A stretch of 47,452 nt of DNA from an uncultured Actinomycetes bacterium (GCA_900314665.1 OMWF01000080.1:1-47452), one strand, 5' to 3'; positions 10,147-18,817 are shown, counted from the first letter of the stretch. Notes: generated by a model not told the origin, from the sequence alone. Numbers and translations are program-made.

Positions 10147-11025
10147 ATGCAACTGGAATTCACGAAGATGCACGGAGCGGGAAACGACTTCGTGATGGTC
10201 GAGGACATGAACGACCGCATCGACCTCGATGCGGAGCAGGTCGCAGCCCTCTGCGAGCGCCATTTTGGTATCGGCGCCGATGGCGTCATCGTGGTCAAGC
10301 CCAGCCCGCGCCCGGAATGCGCAGCCTACATGCACTACATTAACGCAGACGGCTCGCTGGCCCAGATGTGCGGCAACGGAGTGCGCTGCTTTGCAAAGTA
10401 CCTCGTCGACCATAAACTGCTGCCACAGGGAGCCACCTCATTTGTGGCGGACACCTTGGCCGGGCCGCGACCCATCACCTTCGAGGTTGACGAGAACGGC
10501 TTGATGACCAGGGCAACAGTCGACATGGGCGAGCCCATCTTGGACCCGGCAAAGGTTCCGACGGCCTTGGCCGCCACCAAGACGGTCGAGGGCCTGGGCC
10601 AGGCGGCCCTGGAGGCGCCCCTCCTGGTAGAGGGTCAGACCTGGTCTATGAACTGCGTCTCTATGGGCAACCCCCATGCGGTGACCTTCGTTGACGACCC
10701 GGAGGCCCTCGATCTTGCGCACCTGGGACCGCTCTTCGAGGCCAATGCCGCTTTTCCCGAGAAGACCAACACGGAGTTTGCCACGGTGCGGGCCGACGGA
10801 TCGATACGCATGCGCGTGTGGGAGCGCGGCTGCGGCGAGACCTGGGCTTGCGGTACCGGCGCCTGCGCCACGGCGGTGGCGGCATGCCTGACCGGTCGCG
10901 CCGGACGTCGATCCACGCTCGTGCTCAATGGCGGTGTGCTGAGCATCCGCTGGGACGAGCAGACCAACCACGTGTTCATGACCGGCCCTGCTGCCACCAG
11001 CTTCACAGGAACCGTAACCGTCTGA
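10147..11025 (+). CDS. dapF: Diaminopimelate epimerase
   Basis: FTKMHGAGNDF, NADGSLAQMCGNG (first catalytic Cys), ERGCGETWACGTGA (second catalytic Cys). Confidence 0.95.
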   Translation: MQLEFTKMHGAGNDFVMVEDMNDRIDLDAEQVAALCERHFGIGADGVIVVKPSPRPECAAYMHYINADGSLAQMCGNGVRCFAKYLVDHKLLPQGATSFVADTLAGPRPITFEVDENGLMTRATVDMGEPILDPAKVPTALAATKTVEGLGQAALEAPLLVEGQTWSMNCVSMGNPHAVTFVDDPEALDLAHLGPLFEANAAFPEKTNTEFATVRADGSIRMRVWERGCGETWACGTGACATAVAACLTGRAGRRSTLVLNGGVLSIRWDEQTNHVFMTGPAATSFTGTVTV

Positions 11026-11041
11026 CCAGAAGGGAATCCAC

Positions 11042-12337
11042 GTGGCAGGGGAGAAGGGCATCTCGACGTCACAGAATCCGGAGCGTGCAATCCTAGTGGG
11101 CATCGACCTCGGGCAGCCGCAATGGGGCCCGGAGGTGTCCCTCCCCGAGCTCGAGCGCTTGGCAAACACCGCCGGAGCGGTGGTCGTGGGTCGAGTCACC
11201 CAGCGGATGGAGCACCCCAACCCGCGCACCTTCATCGGCTCCGGCAAAGCCGCCGAAGTAGCCGAGCTCTGCCGGAGCCTGGATGCCCAGGTGGTCATCT
11301 TGGATGACGAGATAACCCCCTCCCAACAACGCAACCTCGAGTCCATCGTGCCCAAATCGGTAAAGGTCATCGATCGCACCGCCCTCATCTTGGACATTTT
11401 CGGCTTGCACGCCACTACCCGGGAGGGGCGCTTGCAGGTCCGCTTGGCCCAGAACAAGTACCTCTATCCGCGCCTGCGCGGCATGTGGGCCCACCTGGCA
11501 TCCAACCGCATGGGCGGCGGCGTCGGGAGCCGATTTGGCGAGGGTGAGAGTCAGCTTGAGGTTGACCGCCGCATGGTCCGCAAGCGCATCACCTCCATCA
11601 CGCGAGAGCTCAAGGATGTTACTGCCAACCGCGACCTGCAGCGGAAGGGTCGGACTGCATCGACCATGTTCCGCGTGGCTCTGGCCGGGTACACGAACGC
11701 TGGTAAATCGTCCTTGCTCAACAGCTTAACCGGGGCCAACATCCTCGCTTACGACCAGCTCTTTGCCACGCTCGACCCCACCACGCGCAAGTTCACGCTG
11801 CCCGAAGGCCGGGAAATCACCATCACAGACACCGTTGGATTCATCCAGAAGCTGCCGACCACCTTGGTCGAGGCCTTCAAGTCGACGCTGACGGAGACGG
11901 TCGATGCCGACCTGATTCTGGTGGTCGTCGATGCCAGCGACCCCCAACATGATGCCGAGATGGACACTGTGAGCGAAGTGCTCGAGCAGATCGGCGCGAG
12001 CGAGAACCCCCAGATGACGGTGTTTAACAAGATCGACTTGCTGAGCGAGGACGAGCGCTCGGCGCTGCTTCATCGTCATCCCGACGCCCTCTATATCTCG
12101 GCGCGGACCGGCGAGGGCCTCGACCAGCTCGTCTCGGCGATCTCTGCCAGCGCCGCTGCGTCTTCCACCACCGTCGATGTGCTCATCCCGTATGCGGAGG
12201 GCAAGCTCGTCGAGCTGGCCCATGAGCGCGGTCAGGTCCTCTCGGAAGAATACGGCGCCGACGGCACCCGCATGCTGGTCAGGGTTCCCGAGCGCATCGT
12301 CTCGCGGTTCGCGCCGTACATGGTGCCTTTGGACTGA
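11042..12337 (+). CDS. hflX: GTPase HflX
   Basis: HflX N-domain (LDIFGLHATTREGRLQVRLAQ), G-domain motifs GYTNAGKSSL, DTVGF, NKID. Confidence 0.93.
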   Translation: MAGEKGISTSQNPERAILVGIDLGQPQWGPEVSLPELERLANTAGAVVVGRVTQRMEHPNPRTFIGSGKAAEVAELCRSLDAQVVILDDEITPSQQRNLESIVPKSVKVIDRTALILDIFGLHATTREGRLQVRLAQNKYLYPRLRGMWAHLASNRMGGGVGSRFGEGESQLEVDRRMVRKRITSITRELKDVTANRDLQRKGRTASTMFRVALAGYTNAGKSSLLNSLTGANILAYDQLFATLDPTTRKFTLPEGREITITDTVGFIQKLPTTLVEAFKSTLTETVDADLILVVVDASDPQHDAEMDTVSEVLEQIGASENPQMTVFNKIDLLSEDERSALLHRHPDALYISARTGEGLDQLVSAISASAAASSTTVDVLIPYAEGKLVELAHERGQVLSEEYGADGTRMLVRVPERIVSRFAPYMVPLD

Positions 12338-12552
12338 CGAGTCCCCACGACACGCAAGCTTCCCCTACCCTCGCGACACTCATTTACCAGGTGTGGAACG
12401 GCGCCGGCGCTTTGCCTTGTGTCATGAGGGACGGTTCTCTTTGACATCTTTGTGGTCAAAGCGCTTGCCGACCGGTCTTCGTCTGGGAGCAGCTCAGGGG
12501 CAACGTCATCGTCTCTTGGCCCAAACGCCTGTGATCCAGTCTCCACGGGGGC

Positions 12553-13233
12553 TTAGAGAGTGCGGAACAGCGCCACCACTTTGCCTAATATGCGGGCATC
12601 ACGGGTGTAAATCGGATCCATGGTGTGGTTTCGCGGCTGTAACCGGATGCGGTCCGGCTCCTTATAGAAGGCCTTGACGGTGGCCCCGTCATCGATCAGG
12701 GCTACCACGATATCTCCGTTGATGGCCGTCTGCTGCTCGCGTACAACGACGAAATCGCCATCGCAGATGCCCGCCTCAATCATGGACTCGCCGCGAACTT
12801 TGAGCAAGAACGAAGCCGAGTCGCCCACCAGATCGACGGGGAGGGGGATGGTCTCCTCGATGTTCTGCTCGGCAAGTATGGGCTGGCCCGCGGCAACGCG
12901 CCCCACAAGAGGCAGCTGAACCACATCATGGGCATACCCATCCAGCGGCCCAGAAGGAGCTTGCCCGGGTTTCGCATCATAATCCTCGACCAACTCGAGC
13001 GAACGAGACTTTGAGCCTCCCCGCCTGATGTAGCCCTTGTGCTCAAGTTGGGTCAGATGGGCTTGCACCGTCGAGGGAGAAGAGAGGTTGAGGCCGTCCG
13101 CTATCTCTCGGACCGTAGGCGGATAGGAGTTGGAGGACATCCACTCCTTAAGGAAGTCAAGTACCTGTTGCTGGCGCTTGGTAAGGGGTTTTGCGGTCTC
13201 CATGCGTGCTCCAATCGTCACCTGCTCAGTCAA
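12553..13233 (-). CDS. lexA: LexA repressor
   Basis: wHTH N-domain (LTKRQQQVLDFL...PPTVREIA), AG cleavage site (VAAGQP), S24 peptidase Ser (RGESM) and Lys (TVKAF). Start may be 13203 (METAKPL) rather than 13233. Confidence 0.95.
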   Translation of the reverse strand: MTEQVTIGARMETAKPLTKRQQQVLDFLKEWMSSNSYPPTVREIADGLNLSSPSTVQAHLTQLEHKGYIRRGGSKSRSLELVEDYDAKPGQAPSGPLDGYAHDVVQLPLVGRVAAGQPILAEQNIEETIPLPVDLVGDSASFLLKVRGESMIEAGICDGDFVVVREQQTAINGDIVVALIDDGATVKAFYKEPDRIRLQPRNHTMDPIYTRDARILGKVVALFRTL

Positions 13234-13258
13234 TCCTACCGTGTCGAGGAAATAAAAT

Positions 13259-13310
13259 CAAACATTTGTTCGTATAAGTACTTGATACGAACAAATGTTC
13301 TGTTTATAGT
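13259..13310. promoter_or_regulatory. Twin SOS boxes, plus a plus-strand promoter whose spacer is one of the boxes
   Basis: Box 1 is CAAACATTTGTTCG (13259-13272) and box 2 is CGAACAAATGTTC (13288-13300). Together they form 15-bp perfect inverted arms (13261-13275 / 13285-13299). Plus-strand promoter: TTGATA (13282-13287), 17 nt, TATAGT (13305-13310). Lies between divergent lexA and ORF 13459. Confidence 0.8.
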
Positions 13311-13458
13311 GAATATGCGTACATATGTACGCCATACATTCCACGCCGCAGGCACGTGCGGGACAGACCCGCCAGCGGCAGGGCACGAACGTTTGGCTCA
13401 CAGGTCCTTGCTATACCAGAGGGGCACAAGGACAAGACGGCACCAGGAGGTTCCCCAG

Positions 13459-13878
13459 ATGAGCAAGCCGCAGCTGATTGAAGCCACCCACGTTGACGGG
13501 ACGTCTGCACTTCAGGTCGATACCGAGACGCAGGTCAAGCAGCCCGCCCTCCGTCTCGTTCGCCCAGGCGACCGGTACGTGAACGGCAAGCTCGTATCCC
13601 CCAGCTCAGAAAAGCCCCTGTATCGCACGCACCGCGTATCTCGGCGAGCCGACGGCTCAGCCGTCATTCCAGGCACCTTTGATGATGCGGAGAGCGCGGG
13701 AATGGGGTTTATCGACGCCCTCAAGTGGCGTTGGTCCGAGATTGCCGCACCTGCTCCCAATGACCTTACGGGCGATCCTCGCATCTCCAATGAGGAGGAT
13801 ATTCGCTTCCTCAAGGTTGGGGTCCTGCTCGGGTCCATCATCACCTTGGCCCTGGCCCTGATCCCCACTATCCTCTAA
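13459..13878 (+). CDS. Hypothetical 139-aa tail-anchored membrane protein, predicted SOS-regulated
   Basis: ATG 13459 is preceded by AGGAGG (13445-13450). A polar, disordered-looking N-region is followed by one hydrophobic helix at the extreme C-terminus (FLKVGVLLGSIITLALALIPTIL). No family recognised. Confidence 0.6.
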   Translation: MSKPQLIEATHVDGTSALQVDTETQVKQPALRLVRPGDRYVNGKLVSPSSEKPLYRTHRVSRRADGSAVIPGTFDDAESAGMGFIDALKWRWSEIAAPAPNDLTGDPRISNEEDIRFLKVGVLLGSIITLALALIPTIL

Positions 13879-14062
13879 GCTGTGTTTCCTTGGCGTCAAA
13901 GGCGGACGTGCGGCAGCGGTCGTGCACCGCATCGGAAAGAGGTGGATAGGACCGGTACTCCGCCGATATTCTGACTGACATTCTGCATAACAGCGTTGAG
14001 CTGGGGTGTTCCTTTTGCTAGTCTCCACCGTGGGTAGGTAATCCAGCTAAGTGAGGTGGAGC

Positions 14063-14509
14063 GTGCGCTGTCCCAAATGCGGTCACACAGAGTCAAAAGT
14101 CATTGACTCTCGTCCCTCAGAGGACGGAGATTCGATTCGCAGGCGTCGCGAGTGCCTCGAATGCGGAAATCGGTTTACCACCTATGAGCGTATCGGAGAG
14201 ATTCCTCTGGTGGTCATCAAGAAGGACGGTACCCATGAGCCCTTTGACCGCAACAAGATTCTGCGCGGCTTGATTACCGCCTCGGTCAAACGCGACATCC
14301 CCATGGAGGAGCTCGATAAGCTCATCAATGATGTCGAGGCTGAGGCCCGCAGCTCCTCCAACAACGAGGTCAGCTCCAAGGAGCTCGGAGACATGGTGCT
14401 CAAGCGCCTTCGCCTGTTGGATAAGGTCGCTTACATCCGCTTTGCCTCGGTCTATAAGGATTTCAAGGATCTTGACGAATTCACCTCTGAGCTTGGCAAA
14501 ATCATCTGA
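14063..14509 (+). CDS. nrdR: Transcriptional repressor NrdR
   Basis: (V)RCPKCGH...CLECGNRFTTYE zinc ribbon followed by an ATP-cone. GTG 14063 is preceded by GAGGTGGAG. The tracked start at 14051 adds 4 aa. Confidence 0.93.
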   Translation: MRCPKCGHTESKVIDSRPSEDGDSIRRRRECLECGNRFTTYERIGEIPLVVIKKDGTHEPFDRNKILRGLITASVKRDIPMEELDKLINDVEAEARSSSNNEVSSKELGDMVLKRLRLLDKVAYIRFASVYKDFKDLDEFTSELGKII

Positions 14510-14546
14510 ATTCTCAGCGTTTTAAACCCGTCTGGTTTGAAAGGGC

Positions 14547-14993
14547 ATGACGATGGATTTTCTCGATGTCAAAATCACGCGGCTCAACGACGAAGCGACG
14601 ATTCCTCGCTATGCCTATCAGGCAGACGCCGGCTTGGACTTGTCGTCCTGCGTCGATATGGACCTGGCACCGTTTGAGCGGGCGCTCATTCCCACCGGTC
14701 TCGCCATTGCCATCCCCGAGGGATATGCGGGCTTTGTGATGCCGCGGAGCGGACTGGCTTTGCGCGAGGGCCTCTCGATGGCCAACACCCCGGGCCTCAT
14801 CGACGCACACTATCGCGGAGAGCTCAAGGTCGTCGCGGTCAACCTCGATGCCAAGAGCGCCATACACATCACAAAGGGCGAGCGAGTTGCGCAGCTGGTC
14901 ATCATGCCGGTTCCGCCCATCAACCTGCAAGAGGTTGCTGAGCTTGACGAGACGGACCGTGGCAAGGGCGGCTTTGGCTCAAGCGGCGTTTGA
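14547..14993 (+). CDS. dut: dUTP diphosphatase
   Basis: AGLDL, PRSGLA, GLIDAHYRGEL, RVAQLVI, C-terminal GGFGSSG motif. Confidence 0.95.
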   Translation: MTMDFLDVKITRLNDEATIPRYAYQADAGLDLSSCVDMDLAPFERALIPTGLAIAIPEGYAGFVMPRSGLALREGLSMANTPGLIDAHYRGELKVVAVNLDAKSAIHITKGERVAQLVIMPVPPINLQEVAELDETDRGKGGFGSSGV

Positions 14994-15114
14994 GGCGGCG
15001 GGCGCCGACGCTCGCAATCGGCACGGGATCTCAGAGCGAGGGCCATCATCCCGCAAGGCACCCAAGCCCTCTTCGCCGATACGCTGAGTAAAGGAAATAT
15101 CAATCGCTGGTATG

Positions 15115-15147
15115 AGGCGGGGTCGTCAGGACCCCGCCTTTGCTGTG
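15115..15147 (+). terminator. Possible intrinsic terminator downstream of dut
   Basis: 10-bp stem AGGCGGGGTC / GACCCCGCCT with a 5-nt loop, followed by a weak T-containing tail (TTGCTGTG). Confidence 0.4.
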
Positions 15148-15425
15148 CCCCGGTCCATCTCCCGAGCATATGGTGCGGCGAACCGGGTCCTATGCGCCTC
15201 GGAAAGACAGGCAGGAGAGGGGGAGAACAGGCCTCGGGAGGGGCCTACAGGGAAGCGGCTCCGCTAATCAGCCATATCGCGGCTTGACACTAGCGTTTAA
15301 TCCAGAGCAAATTATGATTTATGCAGGTACAATAGAGTATCTTGCAATCATAAAATGATTCGTCCATATTGCGTGAATCAACCTGATCCCAACCGTCTTG
15401 TTGCGCCCTCCACCGTCTTGTTGTC

Positions 15426-15695
15426 TCAAGGCATCTCCACCACCTTCTCCTCAACGAACCACGCGGGGTCTTCGAAATAGATGAAGGTCCGGTTGCCTTT
15501 GATCTCGCACAGATAGCGCAGGCCGGTGCCGCCCACTTTGAGCGAGGCGGCTCGCCTGACGTTAATCACCCGATCGACGGGATAGACCGTGCCGTCATCC
15601 CAGGTGATTGCGAGCGGCGTGATTGAGCCGTCGACATCGAAGCGGGCGGTTACCTGCACGTACCTCTTCCGGCGTTGGACGATTCCCTGCACCAT
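15426..15695 (-). CDS. Hypothetical 89-aa protein tightly coupled to the Y-family polymerase gene
   Basis: The ATG lies 5 nt after the polymerase stop, on the same strand. The sequence looks compact and beta-rich (VTARFDVDGSITPLAITWDDGTVYPVDRV...GLRYLCEIKGNRTFIYFEDPAWFVEEK). No family recognised by eye. Confidence 0.6.
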   Translation of the reverse strand: MVQGIVQRRKRYVQVTARFDVDGSITPLAITWDDGTVYPVDRVINVRRAASLKVGGTGLRYLCEIKGNRTFIYFEDPAWFVEEKVVEMP

Positions 15696-15700
15696 GGCAG

Positions 15701-17005
15701 CTACCTGGCAAAGAACCCGACGGGGTGGACGATGTTGTCGCGCTTGATGTCAAGATGGGACATGCGCGGATTGCCGAGCTCCGAGGCCCGGCGCACGATC
15801 TGGTTGCCAAAGCGGTGCCGCAGCCCGTCGACGCATGCGTCGAGCCGTTCCATGCGCTCCCGGCGCTCCTGATTGCCAAAAAGGTCAGCCTGAACCGGAG
15901 CCTCGACGCCCTGCAGGTTGCCGGCCCTGACGCACAGGGCCCGGATGGGGTTTCCCCGCGCAATCTGCTCGCGCTCGCACAGCAGCCGCCAGGCGGAGGA
16001 AGCCAGCTCGGAGGTTATGTTGGTGGCCAGCGGCAACGGGGCCTGATGGATGCAGCCCCCCAAGTCTATGGCGTGCCGCACCGCCACGCTCACCGTCTGG
16101 GCGCGGACGCGGTTCTCGCGCAGGCGCTGGGCGACCGATTCCGCGAGCAGGTAGACCAGCAGCTTGGCGTCGGCCTCGTCGACCAGGTCATACGGCGCGG
16201 TGAGTCCGTTACCGATGGACTTTATGTCGTAATCGACAGCCGACCGCACGGGGTCGAGCACCTTGACCGGGGTGACGTCTTGGCCGCAGGCAAACGAGTG
16301 CAGCACCAGCCCCATCTTGCCAAGACGCGCCTTGAGCCGGCCTGGCTCGGTCGAGGCCAGATCGCCAATGGAGAAGATGCCCGCCCGCGCCAGCTTGCGT
16401 TTGGTGGCACGGCCCACGTAGAGCAGTTCGTCGACCGGCGCATTCCAGACCAGGTCCTGGTAGTTGTCGGGCGATATGACGGTGATGGCATCCGGCTTCT
16501 TGTAGTCCGAGCCAAACTTGGCGAAGATTTTGTTCCAGCTCACGCCCACCGAGACGGTGACGCCCAGCTCGGCCTTGACGCGTTCGCTTATCTCATCAGC
16601 CACCATGAGCGGGTCGCCGCCCCACAGGTGCACCGATCCGGTGATGTCCAGCCACGCCTCGTCCGGACCGAAGGGCTCAACCCGGTCCGTATAGTCGTAG
16701 TAGATGGACCGAGCGAGGCGGGAGAACTTGAGGTACAGGTGGTAGTCGGGAGGAATGACCACCAGTCCGGGGCACTTTTGGCGGGCTTGCCAGAGAACCT
16801 CGCCGGTCTGGACGCCATACCCCTTGGCAACCTGGTTCTTGGCCAGCACGATGCCGTGCCGGTCCTCCTCATGACCGCCCACCACCACGGGCTTGTCCCG
16901 CAGCTCGGGATGGTGGAGGCACTCGACGTTGGCATAGAAGCAGTTCATATCCGAATGGAGGATTATGCGGCGATGGCTGCCATCCCAGAACCGCGAGCCG
17001 TCCAT
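15701..17005 (-). CDS. Y-family DNA polymerase (DinB/UmuC-PolY type)
   Basis: ILHSDMNCFYANVE (DxNxFYA, as in UmuC/PolY2-type enzymes), VVGG, SVGVSWNKIFAKFGSD, little-finger region. 434 aa. Confidence 0.93.
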   Translation of the reverse strand: MDGSRFWDGSHRRIILHSDMNCFYANVECLHHPELRDKPVVVGGHEEDRHGIVLAKNQVAKGYGVQTGEVLWQARQKCPGLVVIPPDYHLYLKFSRLARSIYYDYTDRVEPFGPDEAWLDITGSVHLWGGDPLMVADEISERVKAELGVTVSVGVSWNKIFAKFGSDYKKPDAITVISPDNYQDLVWNAPVDELLYVGRATKRKLARAGIFSIGDLASTEPGRLKARLGKMGLVLHSFACGQDVTPVKVLDPVRSAVDYDIKSIGNGLTAPYDLVDEADAKLLVYLLAESVAQRLRENRVRAQTVSVAVRHAIDLGGCIHQAPLPLATNITSELASSAWRLLCEREQIARGNPIRALCVRAGNLQGVEAPVQADLFGNQERRERMERLDACVDGLRHRFGNQIVRRASELGNPRMSHLDIKRDNIVHPVGFFAR

Positions 17006-17024
17006 GCGCCCTCCTCTCTAAAAA

Positions 17025-17068
17025 CGAACATCTGTTCGTAGTATGGCAAGCGGGTGTGAGGTATTCAA
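17025..17068 (-). promoter_or_regulatory. SOS box and probable promoter of the Y-family polymerase operon
   Basis: CGAACATCTGTTCG (17025-17038), 20 nt upstream of the start codon. On the minus strand: TTGAAT (17063-17068), 17 nt, CATACT (17040-17045), immediately upstream of the box. Confidence 0.75.
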
Positions 17069-17950
17069 GCGACGGTTTGGATTTGGTACGAGGGCCCGGA
17101 CGGGCCGCGCCGCGTGCAAGAAGCCCGGTGAGACGGGCCGCCCGCAGACAGCCGGGTGCACGAGAATGCCACGCCATCAGGGAAAACCTCCGGCAACGCC
17201 GGATTCGGGCAACGGCGCGGCCGACCGGTGCGCGGCTGCCAGACCGCGGCCTCGCGGATGCCGCGAGGGCCGGTCCGGCAGCGGCCCGAGCGTCGGAGCG
17301 GCCTTTAGACGTATCCGATGATGGCTGGTGGCGACGCTCACGCGATTGGAATCTGCGAGGCCGCAAAACAAGGCGTCAGAATCGATTCTGAGCCGTTTTG
17401 AGCCTCTGGTACGAGTACTCATTCATCTAGGTAGACGAGAGCGGTTAGACGCGATGATTCGGCGCGCATGCCGATCATCCGACCGAGCCTCGCCGTTTTG
17501 GCGCGCAGCACGGAGGCCCCGGGGGCGCTGCCCAAGGCCCGGCACGAGACCTGCAGGCGCCGCGGCGCACTGGCGCGTCCGATTGCCGACGTATAGGTCG
17601 CGCCGACGCCGACGGGCGGCGCCACTGTGCAATCGGCAAGGGGCGGCACGTGGCCTTGCGAGGCAGCCGCCAGACCGTGCAGCCGCCGCATGCCCAAAGC
17701 CGTCTCCGCGCGATTCCCCATAAAAAGCTGATAATATATCTTATGTAAAGTTAAAAAACCGATCGCTCATCGCAAGGCATGCGGATGCCCGGGTCTCCCG
17801 CAGCCATCCCCCGGAGTCGGCGAATGCCCGCATGCAGCTGGCCGCGCTTGCCCGCCAGAGCCGACGGCGCCTGCACCCTCCCGCACGACCAGGTACCATG
17901 AGGGTGCGCATGACGCACGCCAGTCAACCGCCGTCGTGAGGATCCCGCCC

Positions 17951-18817
17951 ATGAAGCGCACCGCCGCGCATTCCCGCACGCGCATGCCGATCGCACTCAT
18001 CTTGACGGCCATCGCCCTCATGGCCCTCATTGGATGCGGCGCCCAGACTCAGACCAGCGGCTCCCGGCAGGGCTTCTCGGCAAGCTCGCTCGACGACGTG
18101 GCCTCCCAACAGGCCCAGGCGCCCGCCAGCATCGCCGCACCCTCCCAGGAGCCCGCCACGGTGGCGGCGGGGCTTCCCGCCCAGGCCAACGGGTCTCCGA
18201 CCGTCTGCATCGATGCCGGGCATCAGGCCGAGGCAGACCTCTCCGCAGACCCCATCGGCCCCCGCTCCTCCACCACCAAGTACGCCACCGCCGGCGGGGC
18301 TACCAGCGTCTACGACGGAACCCCCGAGTACCAGATCAACCTGGAGGTGGCGCTCAAGCTGCAGCAGGCCCTTGAGGAGCGCGGCGTGACCGTGGTCATG
18401 ACCCGCACCGTCAACGACGTCACCATCCCCAACAGCCGGCGAGCCCAGATAGGCAACGAGGCCGGTGCCGCCCTGACCGTTCACCTGCACTGCGATGGCG
18501 TGGACAACAGCACCTCGACCGGCTTCTCCACCTTGGTGCCCGGCCAGAACCAGTGGACGGAGCCCATCTGCGAGGAGTCGCTGCGGGCGGGCCGGGCAAT
18601 CCAGGACGCGGTGTGCGCGCAGGTGGGCTGCGCCGATCGGGGCCTCGTCGAACGGACCGACCTGACCGGGCTCAACTGGTCTACGGTGCCGGCCCTCTAC
18701 GTGGAGATGGGGTTCCTCTCCACCCCAAGCGAGGCCCAGCTGCTCGGAACGGACGAATACCAGTGGCAGCTGGCCGAGGCGATGGCTGACGGTATTGTAA
18801 TCTATCTTAATTCATAA
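17951..18817 (+). CDS. N-acetylmuramoyl-L-alanine amidase (Amidase_3), lipoprotein
   Basis: Lipobox LMALIGC. VCIDAGHQ, EYQINLEVALKLQQALEERG, TVHLHCDG, PALYVEMGFLS. ATG 17951 is preceded by GTGAGGA. Confidence 0.9.
   Translation: MKRTAAHSRTRMPIALILTAIALMALIGCGAQTQTSGSRQGFSASSLDDVASQQAQAPASIAAPSQEPATVAAGLPAQANGSPTVCIDAGHQAEADLSADPIGPRSSTTKYATAGGATSVYDGTPEYQINLEVALKLQQALEERGVTVVMTRTVNDVTIPNSRRAQIGNEAGAALTVHLHCDGVDNSTSTGFSTLVPGQNQWTEPICEESLRAGRAIQDAVCAQVGCADRGLVERTDLTGLNWSTVPALYVEMGFLSTPSEAQLLGTDEYQWQLAEAMADGIVIYLNS

Noticed and set aside
15623-17041. 472-aa plus-strand ORF. Similar long ORFs: 32904-35621 (905 aa), 42452-43444, 45922-47037, 21054-22175, 26578-27777, 27654-28577, 28959-30023, 40284-41363, 19127-19852, 20-955.
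   Set aside because: All lie antisense to genes with unmistakable family signatures. Their products are Arg/Gly/Ala/Pro/His-rich with no motifs. These are typical shadow ORFs of GC-rich DNA.
17600-17640. Cobalamin-riboswitch-like GCCACTG core.
   Set aside because: It is an isolated heptamer, with no B12 box and no surrounding conserved helices, and no cobalamin-related gene lies downstream.
17335-17722. Possible tmRNA on the minus strand. The transcript would begin GGGGAATCGCG, end near GCCACCA, and be about 390 nt long.
   Set aside because: - No GGTTTCGAC-type 5' element.
- No T-arm (GGTTCGAnTCC) before the ACCA.
- The 5' and 3' ends do not pair into an acceptor stem.
- No plausible ...ALAA-type tag reading frame.
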